In this document: piece by piece, positions 25,401-42,623 of the stretch | Position numbering within the stretch: position 1 is the stretch's first letter | Layout: the number at the start of each line of letters is the position of its first letter | From: Tubiluchus corallicola | Lineage: Eukaryota; Animalia; Priapulida | Assembly (NCBI GenBank): GCA_030141605.1 | Contig: JAQGDQ010002372.1 | Span: 186,001-250,000 of the forward strand | Direction: 5' to 3' | DNA length: 64,000 nucleotides | Program-made: the position numbers and the translations under genes | Notes under the pieces: generated by a model | Told to the model about the DNA's origin: nothing | The model's database searches: none | Seen by the model: only the letters and a program-made list of their open reading frames with translations

Positions 25401-27222
25401 TCTTTAAACTGTTTATTTTTATAGAAAAATGTCGTAAAAATTCCAATTTTTTGGTTAATCTTAAATGTCCATTAAGCGATTAAGCAGAAACCTGAAAGTT
25501 CCACTCATTAGAGCGGCTCAATAATTATGTAATGACAAAACATATTAAAAGAATAATTCTAATTAAATATTTATTATTTGTTTTTCAGTCGCACGTGGTG
25601 AATATACAACAACACCATCGCCTGACACGCCTACTCTTGTAGCTGGGTACTACGAACATGGCGATGGTGATGAAAACGGCAGTGGTGAGGAAGATAATGA
25701 TAAAACATCAATAGTGCTTACCAGATACTACGGTCCCAGCATCAGCACCACAACAACTGCTCCTGAGCAACGGGGTTACGTGCTCCGCTCTAGAACATCA
25801 TCAGAAAAGTCACAGGATCGGATACGCCAGTATTATCATAACAACGGCAATGACGGTAATGATGACAATAACGACAACGATGAACGCACACAAAAGCGTG
25901 TAGTCTACATCCGAAGAGGCTACAGTGGTGATCACCATGTTGAAGATGATGATGGCGATAACGATGACGACAACGATGAACAAACGCAAAGACGTGTAAT
26001 CTACATCCGAAGAGGCTATGATAATGGCGACGATGATGAAGAAGATGATGATGATGATAACGAAGCAAAACGTCGGATTTACATTCGTAGGCACAGTAGC
26101 AGTGAGAATGGTGACAGTGGTGATCACAGTGACCTCGATAACGGCTACAGCAGAGTGACTCGCAGACGTAACAGATTATATCTTGATAATGGCGATGACG
26201 GCGATGATCGGTACATTTACTTTAGGGGAGATGAAGGAGATGGCAATAGTTATGAAAGCAGACGTCGGGTTTACATTCGAAGAGAAGAAGCAACAACTGC
26301 AGCACCACAGCGTGGTTACTTTTACTACAGAGAAGAAGAACCAACCACTACTGAGCAACCAAGTGGTGAGGAAATCTACAGGCACTACTTGAGGAACATC
26401 AAACCAAGATTGGACGAAACTCGCCGAAGTAATACACGCCGACGCCAAGCTCATGATGGTGAACGTCGATATTACAGATTGGTTGAAGAAGAACCTGAGT
26501 CACAGGGTTATTATGCAACCCCTGAGCAGGAAAAATCCATAAGCTTTCGTCGCCGTTATGATAGCCGCGATGAAGACATCATTCAAGTACCAAAGTATCC
26601 GCTAATTCGCAGGAGATCTGGTTCAGATGATAACAGAAAATCCAGCGGGCGTCGAGTGTACTTACCAATTGAAGCACCAACTACCACTGAGAGACCTGAG
26701 ATTCGTCATTATTACGTGCGTTCGGAAGAGCCAGCAACTACTGAAACGCCTCGTCAACAACATTATATTCCTCGTCGAGTCTACAGGCCTGCTGAGTCAA
26801 CAACAACTGAAGCACCAAGCCACAGTGGCTATTACAGAGCATCTGAATCTGCGAAAACTCAGAAATCAAGCATTCGTCGCTTTTTCAGACCAAGCAACGA
26901 GCGACCATCAAGGAAATCGAGCATTCGACGTTTTATCAGAATAACTGATGAACCCAGACATGAAGAGCCAACATATCGTCAATATTACGAACCAGCCGAT
27001 ATCAAAGAAATCAGAAGGCCCACCGTCAGACGATTTTATGAACCTGCTGAACTGACTACCACCGAAAGACCGTCGTTTCGTTATTATTATAGGCCTCCTG
27101 AGCCAACTACAACTGAACAACCTAGCCGACCGAGGTACCCAGCACACTACAGGTACTATTTCAAAGAAACAACAACAACGGAACAGCCTACTACACGTCG
27201 TCTCTACCACCACGGTTACTAG
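22411..27222 (+). CDS. Secreted gene D: ~562-aa Arg/Tyr/Asp/Glu/Thr-rich low-complexity secreted protein (2 exons)
   Basis: Exons 22411-22465 (in-frame upstream ATG at 22399) and 25589-27222, joined by a phase-1 GT-AG intron. Signal peptide MKSTLVAVALVLVMFQLHVARG|EY. Exon 2 is in frame with the 502-aa ORF. TATA-like ttataaga at ~22337. Confidence 0.88.
24350..24725. repeat. Compound (GAAT)n/(GAGT)n microsatellite in the gene D intron
   Basis: gaatgaatgaat / gagtgagtgagt runs. Confidence 0.9.
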
Positions 27223-28516
27223 TGGCATGGGATTACATCAACTTTAGTAGCATGTCCAAAAAGTGACGTATTATAATACTATTTCCAATCCGCAAATAAT
27301 TCAAAAAACTGCACCAAAAAATAAGAAAATAAAAATTGAGAATTTAATTGTATAAATGAACATTCCAAATCTTGTAGCTGCAATATTTTGTTTTATTGTA
27401 AACTTATTATTCACAGAAAGATAAAAAATGATTGTGTCAGTAAATGCGCTGACTGTTGTGACGAGTTAAGAATGCCCTGCAGGGTGGATGGTAAAAACAA
27501 AACCACTCTCGGCTTACATTTCAGTGCCCAAAACCCGACTTTGTGTTCATTTCTTCTCGTAGAGTCTCGGTGATAAGCCAACAGTTTGAAATTAGTAGTG
27601 TAGTGTTTAGGCGGGCAATAAATACAATTTTTTATGTCGGCCTAAGCTTAGATAATGACAATGATAACTATATCGAATTTAATACTCTATATTTTGATCA
27701 TTTTATTCAAAAAGCGAAGACAAGTTAGTTAGTACCCAAATAGACATTGTTCACCGTTTTACATGTAATTTCCATAAACTCTTAATGGTCACTTATATTT
27801 TGTTTTAAAAAATCGATTGCGTTTCATGCTGGGTTCAAACGTTTTGGTATTTTTTGCCTAGTTTAATAAAAGCTGTCTTACAGTAGAACGGGAATCTAGA
27901 GTAAAAATTACTAATAATATAACAGGAAAGTAGATTTTTAAAACAATAAATGTATAATGAGCAAGATATTTTAAATTATGATTTATTATTGTGTTCAGTG
28001 TTTGCATGTCTATAATGGCTATCTTTATCGAACTGTCAACTGAAAGCTACTTGGCGTGAAAAAACATAAGACAATGGCTGCTTGCTTAATCTGAAAACAG
28101 TGCCATTATCCAATATTAATAAGAATAATATTTTTATCTGGGCTGTTAACAAGCGTGAATCAATAAACATAAATATTCCAGAAGAACAAATTGCCAATGA
28201 CACTGAACCGTTGATGCTGAAAAGTTAAAGACGTTAAGCATCTTAATTTAAACCAAATTTCTGTAATGCAGGGTAACATGCACCGCAATATTAGCTTTTC
28301 TGAACAATGAAAAAAATGGGCAAGAAAAGAAAGGAAAAAAAAACAATTTGCGAATTGTTAAGGAATACCTGTCAGGCATTTTTATGTCGGAGATTTTACT
28401 CATCTTAGATTGCAGAACTTCTGGATAAAAAAGTTTCGATGTGGCTAATGCTCCAGGAGCAGTGATACCGATGCTGATATTAACAGAAAATATAATGCCA
28501 CCAAATGCGATGCCAT

Positions 28517-28523
28517 TCTCTCT

Positions 28524-28564
<41 letters not shown>

Positions 28565-28571
28565 TCTCTCT

Positions 28572-28639
<68 letters not shown>

Positions 28640-28640
28640 A
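28517..28640. repeat. (CT)n microsatellite
   Basis: Run of tctctc about 120 bp long. Confidence 0.95.
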
Positions 28641-29024
28641 CCATCATTTATATCTTTTCAACGCCTCCCTCCCTCCTCCCTTGTTCCTATCTACAGATAA
28701 AGGTTTTGTCTGCAGATAAAGGTTATTAGTATTAGCGTCTTTACATTTCTATTTAATCTACACAGTCATTCTTAAAGATGCCTGCTGAGCTCCAACCACT
28801 TATCTAGAAATAATTACACATTCACCTACTCGTAAATGTTCATCTTTTGTCTTTAGAGCCGTGGAAAGCTCCAGGAGTTTCTTGTGTTGATTGAAACGAT
28901 ACAAAACTAGTTTTCTCGACATAAGATTTGATTGACATACCTCTCAGAGCAGCATAAGAACTAAAGGATTTGTCTGGAATGACAGAGTTATAGTTTGTGT
29001 GCTGCATTTTAAAAAGTGAAAATC

Positions 29025-32502
<3,478 letters not shown>

Positions 32503-34079
32503 GCTGATTATTCAGATGATTTAATGTCTAACGGGACTGAAGAAGCAGCCTGTACTACAGTAACTTTCACGCTAAATTCTCAGCTCAGAATTGGCTTAAC
32601 AAGTAACTACATGTGAAGCTCACTTGAATATATTTGTGCTTATCAGCGCAAGAGGACTTAACTATTCCAAAGCAAAGTTTAACAGCCACGAGAAAGTGCT
32701 TATCTCAACTAATTAACAAAGATTCAGAAAAATAACAGTTTAACTTTAGATGTTTATTTGCATAAATTATGTGCACAGGAATACAATTTAATCTCTTCAT
32801 AACGCTATCGTAACTCGTAAGAAATGGCTCTTACTTGTAGCCAGATTTATGTAATGTTCATAAATTAACATTTTTGCACTTATACCGTGTTGCATGGCCG
32901 CACTTTAGCTCACCTGTCACCTATTGAACGCATAAAATTACTTTAAAATAGAATATAAGAAATCGTATAACATAGTCGCAAACTATGCCACTGTAGTAAT
33001 ATATAATTATACACTTTACGTACTAGAAGAAAAAATGACATGATTATTACGGAGACATGTTTGCTTTTATGGCTGAGGTAACGTAAATTTGCAACAGCAG
33101 GGTCAGAGAAGACTGGCTGACTAGAATGTCACTGGATAGGCGTAGGCATCTTATTTGTTATTTACAGGAATGCCGTATACCACAGCACAGTTATTAGTCT
33201 AAAGAATACTATGCGTTGAGAGTTGAATACAAACGACGGGGTCTTGCCTCGACGAAATGGTACTAGGTCATTTGTAAGCATTTTTCTTTTCAACTAATTA
33301 ATTGAAAAAACGATAGTTGGCGTCTCATGCTGTCCGCTCGAGTTGTCAGTAATATTCGTTTTCGGTTTTGTCAGTGCGAAATTGTGACAGCATAATGAGC
33401 TTAAATAAATTTTGCAGTGCAAATAAAATTTTCATAAATTACAAATGTAGGCAGAAAAACAGTATTTTAATGCATACTGATTTTTTATTGCGTTTTTTAT
33501 TTTTAAAACTCTTTTGCTTTAAGCAGTAACACGAAGTGCGCTTGTTCCCACACAGAAAAATACGTCAGATTAGATATTTATTTGTTTATCTATTTTAGCC
33601 TTAAGAAAATAATACAATAACAAAAGGGTTGCAACACAATAAATTGGCTAGGGAAATCTGTGCACCACAATGTGCAACGACCATAGCATAACGAACAGGC
33701 CGCCCAAAGTAAAGAGTGAACGTAATGATGGATGATTTTGATGTGGTCCGCCCTGGTGCACATTACAGCTCCATTGTGTGTTACAGTCAGGCATGCAGTA
33801 TTAATGATAGGTTTTTTTACTGCCCTGAATGCTACAGGACTTAAAGCAAAAAGTCACGAAAACCGTAAACCTAGGCACTGTAAATTGCGTCAGAGACACG
33901 TGAAGAGTAAAATAAACAGCTTGGTTTGAAGGACAAGAAAACCCTTTACTTACATAAGCTAAAAAATTCTCCAAATTTTGTACACCTACATGCTGTCTCA
34001 CTGCGCACTGAGCTTGTATTAGCTGTATAAATCTTGAAAATTTAAACTCTTAAGATGACCATTTGCCGCGGCCAGTAGG

Positions 34080-34400
34080 TCGGTTGAAACAAGTTTAAAT
34101 AACATTGGGGTAAAGTTTAAAAAAATAATCAGAGCATTTGTAGTGCACACTTCACTAGCTAAACAAAAGTATAAATTGCTTTATCCTGTTAGTAAAATTA
34201 GTAGTGTATCTTTGGTGAGTCAGATAGTGGTGCACCCTGGGGAGGTGAGCCACTGACATTTTACCAGTTGGCGCGAACATTTAAATTACTGACAGTTTTC
34301 TTCTCTAGTTGCGCAAGTTTTCCAAATAAGTAAGCTTAAGGCGAAAGAATATAACTTTGTAAGGAAGGTGTTTCAAGAACATACCTTAAAATTTTCCTTG
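34080..34400. mobile_element. Partial copy of the terminal region of the long-TIR family seen at 57941-59707
   Basis: agtggtgcaccctggggaggtgagccactgacattttacc and flanks match agtggcgcaccctggagggtaagtctgcgacattttacc at ~59505-59545. Confidence 0.55.
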
Positions 34401-35131
34401 TTTTGCCTTTGAAAGAAAGGCTAAGCTTTCTGAAATTCTGAGAAGTTGGACTTATTTCAATATTCGGGATAATTGTTAAAAGATTTAGTAATAAGAATAT
34501 GATAAACGCCTTCTGTAATTAGTAAAATCACTTTGAAGTTGCAATCATTATTTTCATGCTTGGGCACTTACATTTTGGATGCCCATTTGCCCTCCAAGGA
34601 CGTCGTTCATTAGATGAAGAAAAGCAAAACACTCTCAATTTTAGTCAAAAGTATAACACTTTAAGCTTTAACAAAAAATTAAATAGCTAATTTTGTAATA
34701 TTTTTGCACGAATGTTATGTATGCTACAGAAATTTGAATAACTTTAAGCTGAGCGTTCTTATGGAAAGCCACGGTACACTTACAAAAAGTCATGAAGTAG
34801 ACCAGCTATGTCATAATTTTCAAGTGAATAGCTGCTACCACCGTATCTGAAGATTTTTCTACAGCGGTAGTGTAAATTAACCTTATACTATGTAGGCAGT
34901 TTTCCTGCAAATTTGCTTGTTATATTTTTCTAAATTTAAGTAGATAATAGTAAAATAAACCTAATAATCCCAGTTGCAGGAAAGCGGGTGACACAGGCGG
35001 AGAGAAAAAACGAATACTCTGCAGATCGTTAAAAGATGTGTCATACTGCTGTTATTGGGGCGGCGGCCAGAATAAGATAATGAACAAAATTATTATGTAA
35101 ATGTGTATTGTGTGGCTGCGAGATAACCAGC

Positions 35132-38100
35132 ATGTCTAGAAAAGCAGGAAAGCAAGCGAAGATTATCGAAAAACGGAGGACTAGAACTACAGACTGTCCT
35201 GAAATTTCGGATGAACTGGTAACGCTAACATTGCCATTAGAATTTACCATAACCTACATTAGCTAAGTCCTCTGGTGTACCATCATGGCCACATTTACAC
35301 CACGAGTAAAGATTGATTTCGTCAAATCAAACATGGCAGTTTACAGCAGTCAGCAATGTTTAGCATTAAACAAGTAAAGTGGCCTATCTGGGACGGGCCA
35401 TTGAGTGTGGCTATTCAGGTACGAGAAATTTGGGAGTACGAGAGACTGCTGACTACCGTGTCAGGTGCAAAGTGACTTTAATGCAAGAGTACTTTATTTA
35501 TGTGTGCTGTAGTATACAGTTTTACTGCCTAGTAGGCCAATACTGCGGGAATCTTCCCTTGATTACCTTATAAACTTAAAGCATCTTTAATTGTAAATTT
35601 TTTGTAAGGAGAGAATAATTATTTTTGTGAGAACAGTCATGTAATTAAAACTGGAAACAACTTCAAACCTCACTATAGCCTGCACAAAACACTGCTGTTA
35701 ATATTATTATGTACTTCACATCAGGTACAGCAACTTGTTACAGTTATTGTTAGTCTTATTATTAATGATATACATTATTTGGCTCATTAATGGTGTGGTT
35801 CTTTTCCAGTTGGCGACTATTTCTGTCATACCTAGTTATAATGCCCCCCTCCTTTGTAATACCAACCTTGCTTAGTGCCCAAATTTTCAGTAAAACAAAA
35901 TGTCTTAGACATGCATGTATTAATGCACGTTGTTATAATGCCAAACTCACTATAACACAAACTATTTTGTTTCAAAATAGGTGGTATAAAGAGGTTTGTC
36001 AGTGTAAGCAACTAAACACGTACTATTCATTGGCTTCTTCTAAAATCTAAAACACAATCACTTTATCATTATTATTATTATACTAGTTGTAATGACACTG
36101 TATTTTGATGAATTATAGTTATGAATAGATTGTGTGATGCACATTTCTGTTATTTGCTTTTTTGCAATACACAAAATACTTTTGAAAATGCTGTCACATT
36201 TTAATAAACTGCTGATGTATTTAGATAAAATGTCTCATGCTCAAATATCCCTTGCCCAAATGTCACGTGCCTTCTAATAGTATTGGTATTGGAACCGGTG
36301 TTGTAATGCCGGTGTCACACAGAGCTTGACATAATCCGCAAGACATAAGCCGTGTGGAGAAAAAGCTGCTTCTGAAGAGTGAACTTATGCTAACCAATGG
36401 TCCCTGTCGTACAGATAATCCATTTACCATCTTCTGCCTACTGTGGTTTGACTGCTATAAGGCATTAGCCATAATACGTGGTAGGCTTCTTCCAAGCCAT
36501 TTTGGGTGGTTTATAAAGTGCCTTTTTGCAAAATGGAATTGGCATTAATTTCATTTGCCATAAGATGTTTTTGGTTATTGCTAATGTGGTAATTACCGTA
36601 TATATGTGTGTACAAGTCGATGTACATTTTAAGACCAAAAATTTTATCATTTTATATATTACCTGTGTACAAGTCGACCGTTAAATATTAAGATCTTCCA
36701 GAGTAAATGATGTCAACAATGGCCGAGTAATAAATCAATAGCGTGCTGTGTTAGTTTGTAAGATTCGTGCGAGTGCCTGGGCCGAGTATATTATACCTAC
36801 CAGTTGTGTATATATATATATATATATATTCATGTTGAGGGCCCTCAGTGCAATCCATGATACTGCAGCCTGGCCTTTCATCGCGCATAATTGTTTGTAA
36901 TGCCTTTAACCCTAGGATATTGCGGCAGGATCCGTCGTAACATTTCAGTTGCTGATTTCTCACTTAAAACTAAAAATCCATACCTGAAACATCACAGTTT
37001 TATTCAGTAACATCTTTTGAATAGAAATATATCTCAATTTACAAATATCGATTCCGTTTATGCGTATTTACGCTAGATTTTCAACAGTCGGTATCAATTT
37101 AAATATCGTTTTTGCTCCCATGTTTACAAGTCTGACCTTATTAATTATGCATGCAGTCCTCCTTTCAAAGCAACCTTTCAATAAATTACATTTGTTAATT
37201 TTGTGAAGTAATGTCAAGATGCGAACATTCTCTGGTGTGAAGTATCACAGTAAGAATGTTCATTCAGTCCAGCGTGTAATGGAGGATTAATTCGTTACAT
37301 ATTCGTATTGTAGACGACTTTTTAGCGACATCTCCCAAAAATTCGACTTGTACATTTGTACTCGTTTTTTTTACAGTGCACAATTCACCTATCATGAGAA
37401 TTCTCTCATGTTCCATGTTTATTTTGGTCACTTCAGAATGTCACTTGGCTTGCGTGTGATTTGAGCTAATGCTTTGAGTTTGTATTGTAACATTATAAAA
37501 ACTAAACTAGAAACTGTACATAGAAATGTGTGGCTGGACTGGACACAGTAGTAATATTTCAGTATTTAAATAGTTGTTCGTTACGTTCACAGTTTGACTT
37601 TCAGTAAACAAAATGGTGTGTCATTTAAGCATTTCTTGTAAACCCCCTAAATGTTATTTATTATTTTAAATTTATTTCGCACATGATTCATGATTTATAA
37701 GCTAAGCATTATTTGCTCCTAATTTCATAAAGGGCAGTTCCTATGGAAGTTATTAAGTTATTATATTGTCATATAAACTTTTTGTATATTTTCCACATTG
37801 TTTGGCTTTCATTCTACTTTTTAAAGGTGACAGTTAGCTTCCACCCACAGTTTGGTAAATTTCAGTCAGACTTGTTTCAATATATTCAGGAATCAGGATG
37901 GGATCAAGTTTCTTCTATTTTGCTTTACATTTTTTGCATTTAGTAAAATGAGCAAATAACTGGATGGTGTGACCACAAGCTCATCAAATGTCACAAAGAA
38001 GCAGTGTTGAACTTACCATAAAAAATATGACATTGTTATTATCATTTGAATTTATGTTCAAGATAGAAGTAGTACTGTTTTCATAATCTTATCAGAACAA

Positions 38101-41100
38101 TGTAAATAACTGTCTAACTGTGTAAATAAATAACAACCATAGTGTGTGAAATGAGTTTGTCAAAAGTGATACAAAAACACAATATATATTTTTAAAGTCC
38201 TAGGTAATATAGATTTTTACAACATGTATATTTATTTCAGGGTGCTGCCTCTTCTGGTAATCAACCTTCAGCAGTTAATAAAGCACTGCAGAAACTCAGT
38301 GGCGATGAAGCACAGCGTAAAGTAAACGAAATAGTACAGTACCTTTTAGTTGCCAGCCAGAAAAATTATCCCATAAAACGAGCAGGTAACAAACCATTAC
38401 AGTAAATGTTTGAAATACATGTAGTACCCATAGGAAGTACTGACTGCAAAGTACGGAATACTAAATTGTGTAACTCTTGCCCCATTTAACAAATGCTAAA
38501 GTACGTTAAAAGTATCGTTCGTTTGACATACGCACGTACGCACACACACACACTCACACAAACACGTATATATATATATGTTTCCTTTTTAGATATCAAC
38601 AAACACGTTTTGAAAGAACACAGTAAAGCATTTCCCAAGCTTATCAAGTTGGCAAAAAGGAATTTAGAATCAGTAAGTATGCATCAATTTGCACTGAATG
38701 ATATTGAATTTTTTCAATCATATAAGTTCAGCGACGTGACTTTGACCAATGTTGAATTAAAATGACACAAATGACAACGAGCCTGTTATATTACGTGACC
38801 ACAGTAATTGTGAAGTTAACATATAGTGTATTAACTATGCAGCTAAATTGGCAAAACTTGAATTACCATTTATAGAAAAAGTATTGTTTTGCATCTCAAG
38901 AAGCATGGTGCCTACAAGTGGAGAAAATTATGCTCGGGATTGAATTTTGCACAATTCTAATAAGTAATTTGTGCTTGAAGTGCAAAATTAAATGACATTG
39001 ACATTCACAGTATGTCACTATGAATTTCACAGATGTTGGATACTCAGTGAAAGTTTTTCATTATCTTAACATTAGGTACTAATCCAACATCAAGCTTGCT
39101 ATTCTCTTTTCCACGTTTTGTTCTTACTGCAAAAAATATAGCTCGTTCAATACAGTACATGCTATTTATTGGACTCACAGTTAATAGCATCAGTCACTTA
39201 AGTGACCCAAAAACACCTGGTACCGCCGGTCCTATTTAAATTTATATAAAAACTGCTGATGATAGACTCTAATAACTCTGTATAATTGACTCAATATGTC
39301 TGCTTTACGTGCTTCAACAAGACACTTTTGTGTGACCAATAAGCACATGAGTTTTATGTCATCTTAATTAGCTTTTGTGCTCTAATATCCATAGAAACAA
39401 TCACGTTAAGTACCGTTTTATTTGTAAGGAATGTTTATCATATGCTAATATGTTAGCCTAGCAGTTTTGCTTTGACCAATGCATCCACAGCAAGTAACCT
39501 CGTTAGAAGGAAACGATTCCGACGACACAGCTTCCATCCTTTTCAACACCCTGCACTTATTGGCTTTGTCCTGGAGTAATGTAACTGAACACACTATTCA
39601 GAACTGGTTCACTCAAGCTAGATTCATTCATTCAAATAAAACTGACAATGAAATTCTTACACTGCAAGAGATAGGCTTAACTGCACCACCTGGTATGAGC
39701 AACAAAGAGTTTGAGAGCTGGCTGAAATTGATTCAGCTATATAGGTCACCTTGCTAAATCACCATGACCAGGAAGCTACTTGCGGGGAAACACGAGCACC
39801 ACCAACTGCAGCTCAAGCATGCCAAGCACTATTTTACGAGAATGAAAAAAGGAAACTTTTTTAATTTCTTTTTTATTAATTCACTATAAATTAATATTTT
39901 TAAATTACTGCACAGGAATTTAGGCATTACTTCATTTCTGAAATTCATTAAAAACCTTTGCAGTGCATACTAAGCTGATGATTCATGCTAAATCATTCAT
40001 GAGGATTCATTCACACTTCTATATTAGTAATACTACATCTGTTGGTTAATTGCGTTAAAACACTTTTGTCCCAAAGTGAACCTTTCCGGCGCATACTGTA
40101 ATACCATGGCTTTGTCACAGTGTCTTGGCAGTTTCACATAGTTTTCACATTTTGTCCCAATAGTTTCATAAAAGTGCTCAAAATACAATCAACAAAAAGC
40201 TTGTAAGTTAGTTGTATATGTAGTTGATATTATGTACATCACTATGTTACTGATATTTTATATTTGGAACTGTTTGTTTAGGCATTTGGTATAAAGCTGG
40301 TAGAATTGGAGAGCAAAAAGGCATGTTACATTCTTGTGAATGGTTTTGAAAATCAGAGGCATCTAAAGCTGAAGGAGGAGGAATATGCACGACATGGGCT
40401 CCTAATGACAGTCCTCTCATTTCTGTTTATGCAGGAGAGTCCTGTAGCAGAATGTAAGCATCATATTATTTTTTAATGAACCTAATACAGGGTTGTTCAG
40501 AAAAAACATTTCCTCATACTAACTCTTAGCCTCTTATCCTAGTACAGGCATTTGTAAAAGAGATTCGCATCTTGTAGCCTGGATTCTCATTTTTCCAAAG
40601 GACTATAAATTTGCCTCTAAGACCCCTTACAAGCACTGCTAGGACAATTTTTGTACACCATGTCCATCTGGGGTTGACAGGCAAAACAAGCTGTCAAATG
40701 TGCCATCTAAAATGACTGCTTTTGTCCATTATCTATACAAAAATTTTGTCAGCACCTTTTAAAGGAGCTTTTGGAGCGCAATTTACAACTCGTAGGAAAA
40801 GGCTACATGGTGGTGTGAGTCTCTAATACAACAATTTTACCAGGTTGAAAGACTAATAGTTTTTTCTGTGCATCAAACTTTATTTTATTTGTCCAACCTG
40901 AATGGTTTTCCTGCTTGTCGCATTAAACAAGAGTATTTGACAGGCAATTTCCCCAAGGTGCTAATTGTTTTGGCTTATTGTACATTATGTTTTTTAGCTA
41001 TTTTGTGGCAGTTTCTGAAGAAACTTGGAATAAAAGAATCTGAGTAAGTAGCTACTAGATATCATCATGTCTGGTATTAGTATACATCGCCTCAAATGGG

Positions 41101-42623
41101 CACCAATCTGTTATTAGTAAATAACAGCAAATGAACGTGCTGGTGCACATTTAACAGGTTACACTGTTATACCAACATGAAAATTCAGTGAACTGTGATT
41201 GTAATTTAAACTATAACCTTACATAAGTTTTGAATATCCATGAAAACATCTCAACTAAAAGCAACCAACTAGGTTTTGTGTTCTACTTTATTTTTTCTCG
41301 GTGGAAACACCTGATTAAAAATTCATGTGGTTAGATAGAGAATTTCACGGGCTTTCTAATTGTGTATAATATGATGAATTTTGTTGCCATGGTAACATGC
41401 AATAATTGTAGAACTATCACATGTGAACTAGACCAGACATGGCAGCTGTGGAATTGTAAGCATGTTTTGCTAATTGTTTCTACTACAGTTTATTTAATAT
41501 TAGTCTGCAGTGACTGATATTTATACATAGAATAGACAAGAATTCTACCTCAAAAACTGCAGTAAATGCTGTGCCTAAGCGAATGTTCTAAGAGCGGTAA
41601 TTTGGCACCATTTCTTTGGTGCACACTATCATCGGACAGCATGCTATATGTACATATCACTTGTATACAAGTCAATGCAACTCTTTTTATACACCTAAAT
41701 ACTAAAGCAGCCACAGTAAGCAGCAAGCAAATGTGAAACCGAGACTCCTAATAAAAGTTCTTTTTGGGTACAAAAGAAATTTACAAAATATATTATATGA
41801 CACAAAACTTCTAATAGCATTAATTTTGGTTTTCATCTTAAATGTTCCAAATACTAAAAATGTCATTTTTGTCTTGCACGCACATCTAGCAAGAACCACC
41901 CGGTGTTTGGCGATGTTCGAAAATTAGTGACTCAGGAATTTACACGAGAGTTGTATCTAAACTTCGAAAGAATACAGGGTACTGATCCACCACAGAATGA
42001 AGTTAGCTGGGGAGAACGAGCACAGCACGAACTGAAGATGAGAGATTGCTTAAAGTTTGTTTGCAAGGTAGGCAACTAGATTTCTTACATTTTTTATTAA
42101 TTCAGTTATTAAAATGATTAGAGCACTTGAGTATCAAATTCCAGTTTTTAAATGTTTTTAAAACTACTGTGTCCCTTATCTTGTGCAAGCTTCTTTGTAT
42201 CTGTAGTAATTACTTATGTGGAGCTTATTTTCTGACGAAGATTTGATGATTATTGTTTGTTGATAATAAGCTTAAATATGCTTAGCAAATATTGTATACA
42301 CAATACCTAAAATATATTAACTACGTATATCTTTAGTAGACGTACAATAAATGAAGATCGTTTTTGTACCAAACATATAAACCTTTCTTGATATTACAAG
42401 TGAAATGTTGCATTTTTCATTTCTTTTGTTAGCTTATTCTTGTTGAAGGTTATAAAATTGTAACTCCATTAATTCATGAACAAGCAAGTTTTTTGCGAAT
42501 TTATAGCACAAATCTCATTGTCTTGTATTTTTCTGTTTTTAGATGTATGGAGAGGGTTTTGTACCACAGAACTGGACTTCGCAATATCAAAGGGTACTGC
42601 AATCAGAGGAAGGAGAAAATTAG
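35132..42623 (+). CDS. NSMCE3: MAGE-homology-domain protein, probable SMC5/6 subunit NSE3 (262 aa, 7 exons)
   Basis: Exons 35132-35218, 38241-38385, 38593-38672, 40282-40453, 40998-41043, 41890-42067, 42543-42623; phases consistent, 789 nt. MAGE motifs KVNEIVQYLL..PIKRADI, FGIKLVEL, GLLMTVLSFLFM, LWQFLKKLGI, HPVFGDVRKLVTQEF, DPPQNEVSWGERA. Exon 1 assignment is the least certain. Confidence 0.9.
36594..37378. mobile_element. Degenerate pogo/Tigger-like MITE in NSMCE3 intron 1
   Basis: Left end taccgtatatatgtgtgtacaagtcga with an internal repeat gtgtacaagtcgac; inverted tcgacttgtaca near 37344. Confidence 0.4.
39153..40098 (+). mobile_element. Tigger/pogo-like transposon remnant in NSMCE3 intron 3
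   Basis: TA|cagta ... tactg|TA termini. The internal ORF contains LHLLALSWSNVTEHTIQNWFTQARF, resembling the W..V...TI.N.F..A.F tail of DDE_1 transposases. Confidence 0.6.

Noticed and set aside
26224-26232. RGD motif in gene D
   Set aside because: Expected by chance in a protein so rich in R, G and D; single occurrence.
25790-27228. Antisense and alternative-frame ORFs over gene D (and similarly over A, B, C, E)
   Set aside because: Shadow frames of low-complexity coding sequence with no independent splice or start evidence.
36230-36280. ATG TCT CAT GCT CAA... as an alternative NSMCE3 start or exon
   Set aside because: Stops after about 15 codons and has no donor site; looks like a transposon-type short repeat.
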